A DNA stretch of 64,000 nucleotides from an uncultured Chloroflexia bacterium (GTDB taxonomy: Bacteria > Chloroflexota > Limnocylindria > Limnocylindrales > CSP1-4): the NCBI GenBank assembly GCA_963720755.1, contig CAVRGP010000013.1:96001-160000 (forward strand), in the 5' to 3' direction. The first letter of the stretch is position 1. Every line of letters begins with the position of its first letter. Made by a program: the position numbers and the translations under genes. Shown here piece after piece: positions 30,311 to 40,331 of the stretch. The notes below the pieces were generated by a model. That model did no database searches. It was given only the letters and a program-made list of their open reading frames with translations, and was not told the origin of the DNA.

Positions 30311-31263
30311 ACGACGCTCCACCCGCCATGACCTCGGAGGCGAAGGCCGTCCGGCCTGCGCTCGAGGTCGACCACGTCTCGCGTTGGTACGGCAACGTCG
30401 TGGCGGTCAATGACATCTCATTCGGGCTGGGCCCGGGCGTGACCGGGTTGCTCGGGCCAAACGGCGCCGGCAAGTCCACGCTCCTGCACCTCATGGCCGG
30501 CCTCCTCGCGCCATCGGCGGGCCGCGTCCTGGTCGAAGGAAAGCCTTCGTGGCGTCGGGCGGACATGTATCGCCACATCGGTCTGGTCCCCGAGCGGGAA
30601 AGCGTCCACTCGTATCTGACCGGGTTCGAGTTCGCGCAGCTCAACGCCCGCCTGCAGCAGGTACCGGATCCGGACGCGGCGGCGAGACGGGCGATCGCCA
30701 CGGTCGACCTGCAAGAGGCTGCAGACCGGGCGATCGGGACCTATTCGAAGGGGATGCGGCAGCGGGCCAAGCTTGCCGGTGCGCTCGTCCACGAGCCGCG
30801 GATCCTGCTGCTCGATGAGCCGTTCAACGGCATGGATCCTCGCCAGCGCCTCCACATGATGACCCTGCTGCAGTCGATGGCCGCTGCGGGTCGGACCGTG
30901 CTCTTCTCGTCGCACATCCTCGAGGAGGTCGAGCGGCTCGCGGACTCCGTCCTGGTGGTCTACGCGGGCCGGTTGGCGGCCGCCGGGGACTTCCGGTCCA
31001 TCCGTCGCCTGATGACCGACCGGCCCCACACATTCACGGTCCGCTCGTCGGACGACCGTCGCCTGGCATCGATGCTGATGGCCGATCCGTCCGTGTTCGG
31101 TGCCGAGTTGATCGGGGATCACGTCGCGATCCGAACCGCTGAATACGATGCCTTCACCCACGCCCTGCCCCGCGTCGCCCGGGACGGCGGGGTGACCCTG
31201 TTCGAGGTCCGACCGACCGACGATTCGCTCGAGAGCGTGTTCAGCTACCTGGTTCGCCGATGA
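30307..31263 (+). CDS. ABC transporter ATP-binding protein
   Basis: GPNGAGKS, YSKGMRQR, LLLDEP; ATGA overlap. Confidence 0.92.
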   Translation: MNDAPPAMTSEAKAVRPALEVDHVSRWYGNVVAVNDISFGLGPGVTGLLGPNGAGKSTLLHLMAGLLAPSAGRVLVEGKPSWRRADMYRHIGLVPERESVHSYLTGFEFAQLNARLQQVPDPDAAARRAIATVDLQEAADRAIGTYSKGMRQRAKLAGALVHEPRILLLDEPFNGMDPRQRLHMMTLLQSMAAAGRTVLFSSHILEEVERLADSVLVVYAGRLAAAGDFRSIRRLMTDRPHTFTVRSSDDRRLASMLMADPSVFGAELIGDHVAIRTAEYDAFTHALPRVARDGGVTLFEVRPTDDSLESVFSYLVRR

Positions 31264-31979
31264 CCGTCATGGCCGCGCTCATGGGGGTCACGCTGCGAGG
31301 GTTGCTCGGTCGTCGGCGGACGATCCTCCTGGCCCTGTTCGCTGCCCTCCCGGTGTTCATCGCCCTGCTCATCCGGGCGACCGGCGGACGACCCGACGCG
31401 GACCGGGTCCTGGAGACCCTCGTCATCCGGATGGTGATGCCCCTCGTCGCGCTGGTCATCGGGACGGCCGCGATCGGATCGGAGATCGAGGACGGGACGG
31501 CCGTCTTCCTGATCATCAAGCCCATCCCACGTTGGCGGATCGCTCTGGCAAAGATCCTGGTCGCCACCGGCCTGACGGCCCTGATGATCGTGCCGTCGGT
31601 GGTGATCACCGCGCTCCTCCTCGGCGGCGCCGGGGACCAGGTCACGACCCTGATCGGCTTTTCGATGGCGTGCCTCGTCGGCGGAGCCGCGTACGCTGCG
31701 GCGTTCGTCGCGCTCAGTGTGTTCACCACCCGGGCCCTCCTCATCGGGCTGGCCTATACGCTGATCTGGGAAGGGGTCCTGTCCGGCCTGCTCACGGGCA
31801 CGAAATTCCTGTCGATCCGCCAGGCGACGCTCGGCCTCGCCGCGGCGTTCGGGGTCGACGTTCCGGGCGACCCGCTCGTCCCGGTGGTGAGCGTGTTCGT
31901 TCTCGGCGTCATCCTGATCGGCGCATTCGTCCTGGCGAGCTGGCGACTCTCCCGGTTCGAGATCCGCGGCGGCGACTGA
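31260..31979 (+). CDS. ABC-2 type permease
   Basis: EIEDGTAVFLIIKPIPRWRIALAK; six TM. Confidence 0.85.
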   Translation: MTVMAALMGVTLRGLLGRRRTILLALFAALPVFIALLIRATGGRPDADRVLETLVIRMVMPLVALVIGTAAIGSEIEDGTAVFLIIKPIPRWRIALAKILVATGLTALMIVPSVVITALLLGGAGDQVTTLIGFSMACLVGGAAYAAAFVALSVFTTRALLIGLAYTLIWEGVLSGLLTGTKFLSIRQATLGLAAAFGVDVPGDPLVPVVSVFVLGVILIGAFVLASWRLSRFEIRGGD

Positions 31980-31989
31980 TCCCGCCCGC

Positions 31990-32018
31990 TTGACCGTTCA
32001 GGAGCCACTCGGTAGAGT
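31990..32018 (+). promoter_or_regulatory. Sigma70-type promoter candidate for iron permease
   Basis: TTGACC-N17-TAGAGT. Confidence 0.55.
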
Positions 32019-32108
32019 CCCGTTGACAAGCCCCCTTGCATCATCGAGTCATGGTCTCTTGCCGAATCTCGGAAGGGCCACGGGCTCGCAGGATCCGGAG
32101 ACGTTCTC

Positions 32109-32996
32109 TTGACGGTCGATCTCGGCGCATTCTCGAGCGGTCTGCTCACCGGCCTCCGAGAGGGCGTCGAGGCCGCCCTGATCGTGGCCATCATCTGCGC
32201 CTACCTCACTCGGACCGGCAAGGGCGCCCAGATCCCGAAGGTCCTCGTGGGAGCCGGGTCGGCCGTCGTCCTGAGTGCCGTCCTCGGGCTCACGATCTAC
32301 CTGACCGTCGGAAGCTTCCAGGAGCCCTACGAGCAACTCTTCGAGGCGGCGACGCTGATCCTTGCGGCCGCGGTCGTGACCTGGATGCTGTTCTGGATGC
32401 GGCGGCAGGCCGGCAGCGTCAAGGGTGAGCTCCAGGCGGCCGTCGATCGGGCGCTTCGCGACGGGTCGTCCACGGCCCTTGCCTTCCTCGCCTTCGTGGC
32501 GGTCATCCGGGAGGGCGTCGAGACGTCGCTCTTCCTCGTCGGGCAGGCCGCCTCTGCATCGGCCACGGGCGGTGCGATGTGGGTCCTGGTCGGCGCGATC
32601 GTCGGGCTGCTGGCGGCCGCGATCCTCGGTGTCGGCTTCTACCACGGCTCGCGCCGCCTGAACCTGTCGACCTTCTTCCGCTGGACCGGCGTGGCATTGG
32701 TGTTCATCGCGGCCGGCCTGCTCAGCCGGGCGGTCCATGAACTCATCGAGATCGGCGTCATCACGGTCGGGACCCAGACGCTGTTCGACCTGTCCGCCGT
32801 CCTGCCGCACGACCAGTCCGGCGACAGTCTCCTGGGTCAATTCCTGGCGGCCCTGTTCGGCTACACGTCGACCCCGGAGGTCACCACCTTCGCGGTCTGG
32901 CTGACCTACGTGGTCGTCGTCCTGACGCTCTTCCTGCGGCCGGTCAAGCGGCGGGTCGCCCCGATCCCGGCCACCACGGAGCCGGTCAAGAGCTGA
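32109..32996 (+). CDS. FTR1/EfeU-family iron permease
   Basis: Two REGVE motifs (LREGVEA, IREGVET), multiple TM. Confidence 0.92.
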   Translation: MTVDLGAFSSGLLTGLREGVEAALIVAIICAYLTRTGKGAQIPKVLVGAGSAVVLSAVLGLTIYLTVGSFQEPYEQLFEAATLILAAAVVTWMLFWMRRQAGSVKGELQAAVDRALRDGSSTALAFLAFVAVIREGVETSLFLVGQAASASATGGAMWVLVGAIVGLLAAAILGVGFYHGSRRLNLSTFFRWTGVALVFIAAGLLSRAVHELIEIGVITVGTQTLFDLSAVLPHDQSGDSLLGQFLAALFGYTSTPEVTTFAVWLTYVVVVLTLFLRPVKRRVAPIPATTEPVKS

Positions 32997-33006
32997 CGTC
33001 CGGAGC

Positions 33007-33981
33007 TCAGAACGGGAGGATCTGGCCCAGGTCCGGAAGGACCCCGTCGAGCCCGAACAGGAAGATCGAGCCGACGAACAGGCTGAACAGGCCGGCCACG
33101 GCACCGATCGACACGTAGATCTGCTCCCGGGCCTGGCTCGACACGAATCCGACCGAGCTGAGCAGCACGATCGCGAAGTTCGACAACAGCAGCCCGATGA
33201 CGAACGCGAACAGCATCGGCACGCCGAGGCCGGCGCTCGACGCTCCGCCGACGGCCGCGATGAGCAGGACCTGGGTGCCCGTCTCGGCGCCGATCCCGTG
33301 GATCATCCCGACGCCGAAGGAGGTCCTGGGGCCGTACGAGCTCATCTCGAGGGGCTCGACGTGCTCATGGCCGTGGAGACGCGCCTGGAGCACCCGCCAG
33401 CCGTGGCGCATGCCATCGAAGACGAGCATCCATCGGCTGCGCAGGCGGAATCGCTCGCCGGCCCGGGCGTAGCGATAGACCGAATAGAGCACCCACAGGC
33501 CGAGCGCGACCAGGGTGAACCCGACGATCCGTCCCATGATCGGATCGAGCCAATCGGGCAACAGGGCCCCGAACATGATCGCGGCGAGGCCGAGCGCCAC
33601 GACGACGGCACCGTGCCCGAGGGCGTACAAGGTGCCGAGCCGGATCGCCTCTCCCTGGCCGGACAACAGCCGGGCACGTCCCACGGCCGGCCGAGCGGCC
33701 AGGGCAGGGGACAGGGTGGCCGCGCCCGGCCCGGAATCGTGCGCCCGTGTCTCGAGCACACCGCCGTGGTCGTGATGGTGGCCGGTGATGTCCTCGTGCT
33801 GCCCTTCGTGGGCGGCCTCGGCCATCCCGGCGGCGGCCGTGGTGCTCGTGATGTCCGTGATCGCCGCGATGTGGTCCCAATCGATGCCGTGCCGGATGCC
33901 GAGCAACAACCCGGTCAGCAGGATCCCGAGATCGACCGCGGGCGTCGCGGCGGTCACGGTGGTGGCGATGAGGTCGAACAT
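33007..33981 (-). CDS. NiCoT/HoxN-RcnA-like nickel/cobalt permease
   Basis: GIRHGIDWDHIAAI, His-rich loop, YALGHG, GMIHGIGAET. Confidence 0.8.
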   Translation of the reverse strand: MFDLIATTVTAATPAVDLGILLTGLLLGIRHGIDWDHIAAITDITSTTAAAGMAEAAHEGQHEDITGHHHDHGGVLETRAHDSGPGAATLSPALAARPAVGRARLLSGQGEAIRLGTLYALGHGAVVVALGLAAIMFGALLPDWLDPIMGRIVGFTLVALGLWVLYSVYRYARAGERFRLRSRWMLVFDGMRHGWRVLQARLHGHEHVEPLEMSSYGPRTSFGVGMIHGIGAETGTQVLLIAAVGGASSAGLGVPMLFAFVIGLLLSNFAIVLLSSVGFVSSQAREQIYVSIGAVAGLFSLFVGSIFLFGLDGVLPDLGQILPF

Positions 33982-34040
33982 CGATCGGTCCTTGTGGATG
34001 GCCCGACGGCGGGGCTCGGGGCAGCGGCCCTGATGATATC

Positions 34041-34052
34041 GCAACACGTTGC
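34041..34052. promoter_or_regulatory. Palindromic operator candidate in divergent Ni permease/Fur intergenic region
   Basis: GCAAC-AC-GTTGC in an AT-enriched patch. Confidence 0.45.
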
Positions 34053-34092
34053 ATTTACCACGGGATGCGGCCCGTCACCTATCCTTCGCACG

Positions 34093-34563
34093 ATGCGCCC
34101 TTCTGGATCGCCAATAGCCACCGATGACCCGACGCAGGCGGTCATCCGCGAACGCCTCCGTGCCCGGGGTCTGCGCTGGACCCCGCAACGGCGCACGCTC
34201 CTTGAGGTCCTGGCACAGACGGATGGACACGTGACCGGGGCCGAGCTCGTGGAGCGCTGTCGCGAGTTGGATCCACGGACGATCCCCTCGACCGTCTACC
34301 GGACGCTCGACGTCCTCGAGGACCTCGGCCTGCTCAGCCACAGCCACGGCGCCGATGGACGAGAGGAGTTCCACGTCCGTCCGGTGGCGGCGCACGGTCA
34401 CCTCCACTGCATCGACTGCGGGACGACCTGGGAGATCGCCGCGGATGAGGCCCGGTCCCTGGTTGCCTCGCTCGAACGGCGCCGCGGGTTTGCCGTCGAT
34501 CTCAGTCACCTGTCCATCGCCGGCCGGTGCGTCGCGTGCCAGGACCCATCCGGCACCGCCTGA
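34093..34563 (+). CDS. Fur-family metalloregulator (Nur-like by context)
   Basis: GLRWTPQRR, STVYRTL, HSH, HGHLHCIDCG, C-terminal CVAC. Confidence 0.9.
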   Translation: MRPSGSPIATDDPTQAVIRERLRARGLRWTPQRRTLLEVLAQTDGHVTGAELVERCRELDPRTIPSTVYRTLDVLEDLGLLSHSHGADGREEFHVRPVAAHGHLHCIDCGTTWEIAADEARSLVASLERRRGFAVDLSHLSIAGRCVACQDPSGTA

Positions 34564-34575
34564 CAGGCGAACCAC

Positions 34576-35085
34576 GTGTCGATGAAGCTGCCAGATCGCG
34601 TGGTCCCCGGACCCGGCCAGGAATCCGTGTGGGACTACCCGCGGCCGCCTCGGGTCGAAGCCGTTCCCGAACGTCTGCGGGTGGTGGTCGATGGGATCGT
34701 TCTCGCGGAGACCACGCGCGGCCTCCGCGTCGTCGAGACGGCCGGTGCGCCCGTCTACTACTTCCCGCCCGAGGATGTCCGGATGGATCTTCTCCGGCCG
34801 AGTCCGCACGGGTCGTTCTGCGAGTGGAAGGGGTCAGCCGCCTATCACCGCTACGTGGCCGATGACGGGGCCAGGGTCATCGACGATGTCGCCTGGTCGT
34901 ACCCGGATCCGAGCCCCGGCTATGAAGGGCTCCGCGGCCATCTGGCGTTCTACGCCAGCCGCGTCGACGAGGCGTGGGTAGGGGACGAGCTGGCCACGCC
35001 GCAGCCGGGCGGCTTCTATGGCGGCTGGGTCACCTCTCGGATCGTCGGCCCGATCAAGGGCGAGCCCGGCTCGTACGGCTGGTAA
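34576..35085 (+). CDS. DUF427 family protein
   Basis: ESVWDYPRPP, SFCEWKG, QPGGFYGGW. Confidence 0.85.
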   Translation: MSMKLPDRVVPGPGQESVWDYPRPPRVEAVPERLRVVVDGIVLAETTRGLRVVETAGAPVYYFPPEDVRMDLLRPSPHGSFCEWKGSAAYHRYVADDGARVIDDVAWSYPDPSPGYEGLRGHLAFYASRVDEAWVGDELATPQPGGFYGGWVTSRIVGPIKGEPGSYGW

Positions 35086-35089
35086 GGGC

Positions 35090-35869
35090 TCAGTCGCCGG
35101 TCGGGGTGGCCAGGATGTTGAAGCCGCCGTCCACGTAGTGGATCTCGCCGGTCACCGCACCGGACAGATCGGAGGCGAGGTAGACGGCACTCCGGCCGAC
35201 ATCCTCCGGGGTGATGCTGGCGCGCAGTGGAGCGGCCTCCGCGAACCCGCGATACATCCCCTTGAACCCGGCTATGCCCGCCGCGGCGAGCGTCCGGACG
35301 GGACCCGCCGAGATCGCATTCACCCGGACACCGTCCGGACCGAGATCGGCGGCCAGGTAGCGGACGGACGCCTCCAGGGCCGCCTTGGCGACCCCCATGA
35401 CGTTGTAGTTGGCGACCACCTTCTCGGCCCCGAGATAGGACAGGGTGATGACCGACGAGCCCCGGCCAAGGAGCGGTCGGGCGGCTCGAGTGAGCGCGAC
35501 AAGCGAGTAGGCCGAGACATCGAGGGCCACCGCGAACCCTTCACGCGACGTACTGAGGAAATCGCCCTCGAGGTCCTCGCGCTTCGCGAAGGCGAGGGCA
35601 TGGACCAGGATGTCGAGCGACCCGTGGGTGGCGGCCCACCGCTCGAAGACCCGCTCGATCTCCTCGTCGGACTGGACATCGCACGGTTCGACGAAGCTCG
35701 ACCCGATCGACGCGGCGAGCGGCCGCACTCGCTTCTCCAGCAGGCTCTCGACCGACGAGAAGCCCACCTCCGCGCCGGCCTCATGGAGCGCGCGAGCGAT
35801 GCCCCAGGCGATCGAGTGGTCGTTGGCAACGCCGAAGATGAGAGCCGTCTTCCCGTCGAGCAGTCCCAT
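35090..35869 (-). CDS. fabI: Enoyl-ACP reductase
   Basis: GVANDHSIAWGIA, YNVMGVAKAALE, ISAGPVRTLAA. Confidence 0.93.
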   Translation of the reverse strand: MGLLDGKTALIFGVANDHSIAWGIARALHEAGAEVGFSSVESLLEKRVRPLAASIGSSFVEPCDVQSDEEIERVFERWAATHGSLDILVHALAFAKREDLEGDFLSTSREGFAVALDVSAYSLVALTRAARPLLGRGSSVITLSYLGAEKVVANYNVMGVAKAALEASVRYLAADLGPDGVRVNAISAGPVRTLAAAGIAGFKGMYRGFAEAAPLRASITPEDVGRSAVYLASDLSGAVTGEIHYVDGGFNILATPTGD

Positions 35870-35914
35870 CGATCCCTCCGCGCGTGCCGTCGCCGGGCAG
35901 CCTACCATCGGGTC

Positions 35915-36772
35915 ATGACCGATGAACGACTCAGGCGGGGATTGGCCGGCGTCCGCGGGCTCATCCTCGATGCGGACGGGGTCCTCGTGCTCAAGGGCGC
36001 GGCGCTCCCGGGCTCGGTGGACGCGGTCCGGAGCCTGGGCGACCGGGGCATCCCGTTCCGCGTGGTGACCAACTTCTCGCAGCTCCATCGTGAAACGCTC
36101 GGCGCCCGGTTCGCCGAGGGTGGCCTGTCGATCGACCCGGCCCGGATCATCACCGCGGCATCGGCGACGGCGGCGTACTGCGCCACGGCCCATGCGGGTC
36201 GATCGCTCCTCGTCCTGTCGGCTCCGGACGCGTTGCGCGAGTTCGACGGCCAGCGCCTGCTCGACCCGGATGACGCCGCGGCCGCGCCGGCCGGCGACGT
36301 GAGTGCGGTCGTCATCGGGGATGGCGGCGACGCGCTTTCGTATCACAACATGAACATCGCCTTCCGCCTCGTCCATGGGGGCGCCGAACTCCTGGCGATG
36401 CACCGCAACCCGTGGTGGCACACGCCGGAGGGGATCACCATCGATGCGGGCGCGTTCGTTGCGGCCCTCGAGTTCGCGACCGGGCAGCAGGCCAGGACGC
36501 TCGGCAAGCCGTCGTCCGACGTATTCCGGCAGGCGGTCGCCGGTCTCCGCCGCGACATCGGCGAACGCCTCCCTCAGAACCGGTTCGCGATGGTCGGCGA
36601 CGACCTCCAGGCCGACATCGCCGCCGCGAAGCGGGTCGGATTGCGCGGGATCCTGGTCTTGTCCGGCAAGACCGGCGCCGCGGAGGCGCAAGCGGCCCTT
36701 GAGGGCCACCGGCGGCGCGGGCCGAACGGGGTGGCCGCGACCCTGGCCGAGGTCGTGGCCGCGCTAGACTGA
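35915..36772 (+). CDS. HAD-IIA family hydrolase
   Basis: LDADGVL, VTN, LGKPS, MVGDD...DI. Confidence 0.88.
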   Translation: MTDERLRRGLAGVRGLILDADGVLVLKGAALPGSVDAVRSLGDRGIPFRVVTNFSQLHRETLGARFAEGGLSIDPARIITAASATAAYCATAHAGRSLLVLSAPDALREFDGQRLLDPDDAAAAPAGDVSAVVIGDGGDALSYHNMNIAFRLVHGGAELLAMHRNPWWHTPEGITIDAGAFVAALEFATGQQARTLGKPSSDVFRQAVAGLRRDIGERLPQNRFAMVGDDLQADIAAAKRVGLRGILVLSGKTGAAEAQAALEGHRRRGPNGVAATLAEVVAALD

Positions 36773-36815
36773 CGGCAACGTTCCGAACAATGCCGAACTG
36801 CGCGAGGGCCGACCG

Positions 36816-38396
36816 ATGACAGCTGGATCCAAGCCACGAATCAAGATCACCTACGCGACCCTGAGCGCCGACAACGAAGACCTCCATGAGGGGTTCGAGG
36901 CCGGCCTCGTCGACGTCCGCGCCAGCCTGGGCGGGCACCACCAGAACCTCATCGACGGTGCCTGGCGCGACGGCGACGGGTCGTTCGAGGTCCGGACGCC
37001 GATCGACTCGGACATCGTCCTCGGGACGTTCGCCCGGGCGACGATCGCCGACGTCGATGCGGCCGTCGCCGCCGCCCGGGCCGCCCAGCCCGGCTGGGCC
37101 GCGACCCCGTGGCGCGAGCGGATCGAGATCATCAAGCGCGCCGGTGAACTCATCAGCGAGCGCCTGATGGAGTACGCCCCGATCATGGCCATCGAGGTCG
37201 GCAAGAACCGGATCGAGGCACTGGGCGAGGTCGAGGAATCGGCCGACATGCTCCGCTACTACCCGCGGACGATGGAGGACAACGACGGGTACGACCACCC
37301 GATGGACAACCTGGGTGACGCGACCGTCCACACCAGCTCCATCCTCCGGCCGCACGGTGTGTTCGCCGTGATCAGCCCATTCAACTTCCCGATGGCCCTC
37401 GCCTGCGGGCCCGCAGGCGCCGCCCTGCTCGGTGGCAACACGGTGGTGATCAAGCCGTCGTCCGCTTCGCCGCTATCGGCGGTCAAGCTGGTCCAGGCCT
37501 ACCTGGACGCCGGCGTCCCCAAGGGTGCGATCAACCTGGTCATGGGACCCGGAGAAACGGTCGGCCAGGCGCTCCAGGACCACCCCGGCGTGGACGGCAT
37601 CGTGTTCACCGGCTCGTACGAAGTCGGGATGCGCCTGTTCCATTCGTTCTCCAAGACCTGGCCACGGCCATGCATCGTCGAGATGGGCGGCAAGAACCCG
37701 GCCATCGTGTCGCGCAAGGCGGACCTGGAGGAGGCCGCCGAGGGCATCATGCGCAGCGCCTTCGGCTTCGGCGGGCAGAAGTGCTCGGCCAACTCGCGCG
37801 TCTACGTCGAGCGCCCGGTCCACGATGAGCTCGTCAGGCTGCTCGTGGAAAAGACCGAGAAGATCACGATCGGGGACCCGCTCGTCCGGGCCAACTGGAT
37901 GGGGCCGGTCATCGACCAGCGGGCGGTCGACCGCCACCAGGCGGCGGTCGCCGAGGCCCGTCGCGACGGCACGGTCTTCACCGGCGGTGAACACCTGACC
38001 GATGGCGACCTGGCCCGCGGCTTCTACGTCGAGCCGACCATCGTCGGTGGGCTGCCGACCTCCCACCGGCTGTTCCGCGATGAGCTCTTCGCGCCGTTGA
38101 CCGCCGTCGCCGCCGTGGACTCGATGGACGAGGCGCTGGCCCTGGCCAACGACAACGTCCTGGGGTTGACGGCAGGCGTCTACAGCGAGGACCCAGCCGA
38201 GGTCCAGCAGTTCCTCGACCAGGTCCAGGCCGGTGTCCTGTACGTCAACCGACGGGCTGGCGCCACGACAGGTGCGTGGCCGGGCGTGCAGGCGTTCGGC
38301 GGCTGGAAGGGGAGTGGCTCGACGGGCAAGGCCGGTCTGTCGATGTACTACGTCGCCCAGTTCATGCGCGAGCAGAGCCGCACGATCGTCGACTGA
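36816..38396 (+). CDS. Aldehyde dehydrogenase (P5C dehydrogenase-like)
   Basis: ISPFNFP, FTGS, EMGGKN, GQKCSA, ELFAP, FGGWKGSG. Confidence 0.9.
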   Translation: MTAGSKPRIKITYATLSADNEDLHEGFEAGLVDVRASLGGHHQNLIDGAWRDGDGSFEVRTPIDSDIVLGTFARATIADVDAAVAAARAAQPGWAATPWRERIEIIKRAGELISERLMEYAPIMAIEVGKNRIEALGEVEESADMLRYYPRTMEDNDGYDHPMDNLGDATVHTSSILRPHGVFAVISPFNFPMALACGPAGAALLGGNTVVIKPSSASPLSAVKLVQAYLDAGVPKGAINLVMGPGETVGQALQDHPGVDGIVFTGSYEVGMRLFHSFSKTWPRPCIVEMGGKNPAIVSRKADLEEAAEGIMRSAFGFGGQKCSANSRVYVERPVHDELVRLLVEKTEKITIGDPLVRANWMGPVIDQRAVDRHQAAVAEARRDGTVFTGGEHLTDGDLARGFYVEPTIVGGLPTSHRLFRDELFAPLTAVAAVDSMDEALALANDNVLGLTAGVYSEDPAEVQQFLDQVQAGVLYVNRRAGATTGAWPGVQAFGGWKGSGSTGKAGLSMYYVAQFMREQSRTIVD

Positions 38397-38416
38397 GCCG
38401 GCCCCGGATCGCAGCC

Positions 38417-38803
38417 ATGGGGGCATCGGCGCCGGAGACGGCTGCCCATCCGATCGCGCAGACGGCGGTGCGGGCGTTCCATACCGCGGTGTTCCTCGGT
38501 GAGCTGTCGTCGATCATCTGGTTGGTCGTGACCGGCGTCACCGGTCGTCGCGACCGATCGGTCGCGGTCGCGGCGGTCGCCGTCGCGGCCGAAGCCTCGG
38601 TCTTCGTCGCCAATGGAGGGGTCTGTCCATTGACCCCCCTGGCGGAGCGGCTCGGTGCTGAGCGTGGCTCGGTCTCGGACATCTTCCTGCCCGACGCGGT
38701 CGCTCGGACGATCCCCATCTGGTCGAGCGCCCTCGTGATCACCGCGTTGGTGTTCCACGGTCGCTCGATCCTCCGATCGCGCCGCCCGCCGAGACGGGGC
38801 TGA
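38417..38803 (+). CDS. Small membrane protein with CPLT motif
   Basis: HTAVF...NGGVCPLTPLAERLG...DIFLP; three TM. Confidence 0.7.
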   Translation: MGASAPETAAHPIAQTAVRAFHTAVFLGELSSIIWLVVTGVTGRRDRSVAVAAVAVAAEASVFVANGGVCPLTPLAERLGAERGSVSDIFLPDAVARTIPIWSSALVITALVFHGRSILRSRRPPRRG

Positions 38804-38876
38804 CGGCGGCCGGGGGCTGGCACGCCCACCGTTCGGCACCGGGCGCTCGGCTATACTCCGACCACGTTATCCAGCC

Positions 38877-38893
38877 TGCATACTCGTTATGCA
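38877..38893. promoter_or_regulatory. Inverted-repeat operator candidate upstream of aminotransferase
   Basis: TGCATA-N5-TATGCA downstream of TATACT (-10-like, 38852-38857). Confidence 0.5.
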
Positions 38894-38911
38894 TACCTGA
38901 AGAGGTGCACC

Positions 38912-40276
38912 TTGTCGTCGGGCACGCCGCGTATCGCCGGGGACCGGCCCGTTCCGCACATCGTCACTGCGCTCCCCGGGCCCAAGGCCCGCGAGCACGT
39001 CGCGTTCGATGAGACCTGGACCTCGCCGAGCCTGCCGCGCGCCTATCCGATCGTCCCGATCCGTGGCGACGGCCTGACCGTCGAGGATATCGACGGCAAT
39101 CTGTTCCTCGACTTCGCTGCCGGGATCGCGGTCACCTCGACCGGGCATTCACACCCGCAGGTGGTCGCCGCGATCAAGGAGCAGGCGGCCGAGCTGATCC
39201 ATTTCTCGGCATCGGACTTCTACCTGCCGATCTACCCGGAAGTCTGCCGAGAGCTGGCGCGCATCGCTCCGATCAGCGGCCCGACTCGGGCATACCTCGG
39301 AAACTCCGGCGCCGAGGTCGTCGAGGCATCGATCAAACTCGCCCGCTACGCGACCCATCGCCCGTACGTGGTCTCGTTCCTCGGCGCGTTCCACGGACGC
39401 ACCTACGGAGCGGTGTCGCTGACGGCGTCCAAGGCGAAGTATCACGCCGGCTTCGGCCCGCTCCTGCCCGGGATCTTCCACGCACCTTACGGCCGGGTCG
39501 AGGATCTGGCCTGGTTCGACGAGGTGCTGTTCGACAAGCTGGCGCCCGCGAGCGAGGTCGCGGCCATCATCGTCGAGCCGATCCAGGGTGAGGGTGGCTA
39601 CATCGTCCCCGAGGACGGCTTCCTGCAGGGCCTTCGTCGGATCTGCGACGAGCACGGCATCCTGCTCATCGCCGACGAGATCCAGTCGGGAGCCGGGCGG
39701 ACCGGCAAGATGTGGGCGATCGAGCACTGGGACGTCGAGCCCGACATCCTGTTGACGGCCAAGGGGATCGCATCCGGGATGCCTCTCGGCGGCTTGGTGG
39801 CTCGTGCAGGGATCCTCGAGGCGTGGACCGCGGGCGCTCACGGTTCGACCTACGGCGGCAATCCCGTCGCCTGCGCCGCAGCTCTCGCGACGATCGAGTT
39901 GCTCGAGGGAGGCATGGTCGAGAACGCCGCGATCCGCGGCGAGCAGGCGCTCGCCGGCCTGCGGCCGCTTCTCGGACGTCCGCACGGGCTTGTCACCGAT
40001 GTCCGCGGCAAGGGGCTGATGCTCGGGATCGAGTTCGACACCGGGGAGCACGCCGAGGAGGTCCAATGGGCCTGCTATGAGCGTGGCCTGCTGGTGCTCG
40101 AGTGCGGCAAGTCGAGCGTCCGGATGTCACCGGCGTTGTCCGTCTCCGAGGATGAGATGGAGACCGCGTTGCGGATCTTCGGCGAGGCGGTCGACGATGT
40201 GGCCAGTCGCGGACCAGCGCTGGCCAGGGAAGCCGCCCTCGCGGGCGCGATGCACGACGGCGAGGTCGGCGGCTGA
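38912..40276 (+). CDS. Class III aminotransferase (4-aminobutyrate/5-aminovalerate aminotransferase-like)
   Basis: DFAAGI, NSGAE, FHGRT, EPIQGEGG, DEIQSG, AKG, HGSTYGGNP. Confidence 0.9.
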   Translation: MSSGTPRIAGDRPVPHIVTALPGPKAREHVAFDETWTSPSLPRAYPIVPIRGDGLTVEDIDGNLFLDFAAGIAVTSTGHSHPQVVAAIKEQAAELIHFSASDFYLPIYPEVCRELARIAPISGPTRAYLGNSGAEVVEASIKLARYATHRPYVVSFLGAFHGRTYGAVSLTASKAKYHAGFGPLLPGIFHAPYGRVEDLAWFDEVLFDKLAPASEVAAIIVEPIQGEGGYIVPEDGFLQGLRRICDEHGILLIADEIQSGAGRTGKMWAIEHWDVEPDILLTAKGIASGMPLGGLVARAGILEAWTAGAHGSTYGGNPVACAAALATIELLEGGMVENAAIRGEQALAGLRPLLGRPHGLVTDVRGKGLMLGIEFDTGEHAEEVQWACYERGLLVLECGKSSVRMSPALSVSEDEMETALRIFGEAVDDVASRGPALAREAALAGAMHDGEVGG

Positions 40277-40331
40277 TCCGGATCCGGCCGAGATCGGGCG
40301 CCGGCGCGGGAGCGGACTGGATGATCGGCGA

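Noticed and set aside
35018-36709. Long N-terminal extensions on the fabI and HAD ORFs
   Set aside because: Mutual antisense overlap of two divergent genes; true starts are near 35869 and 35915
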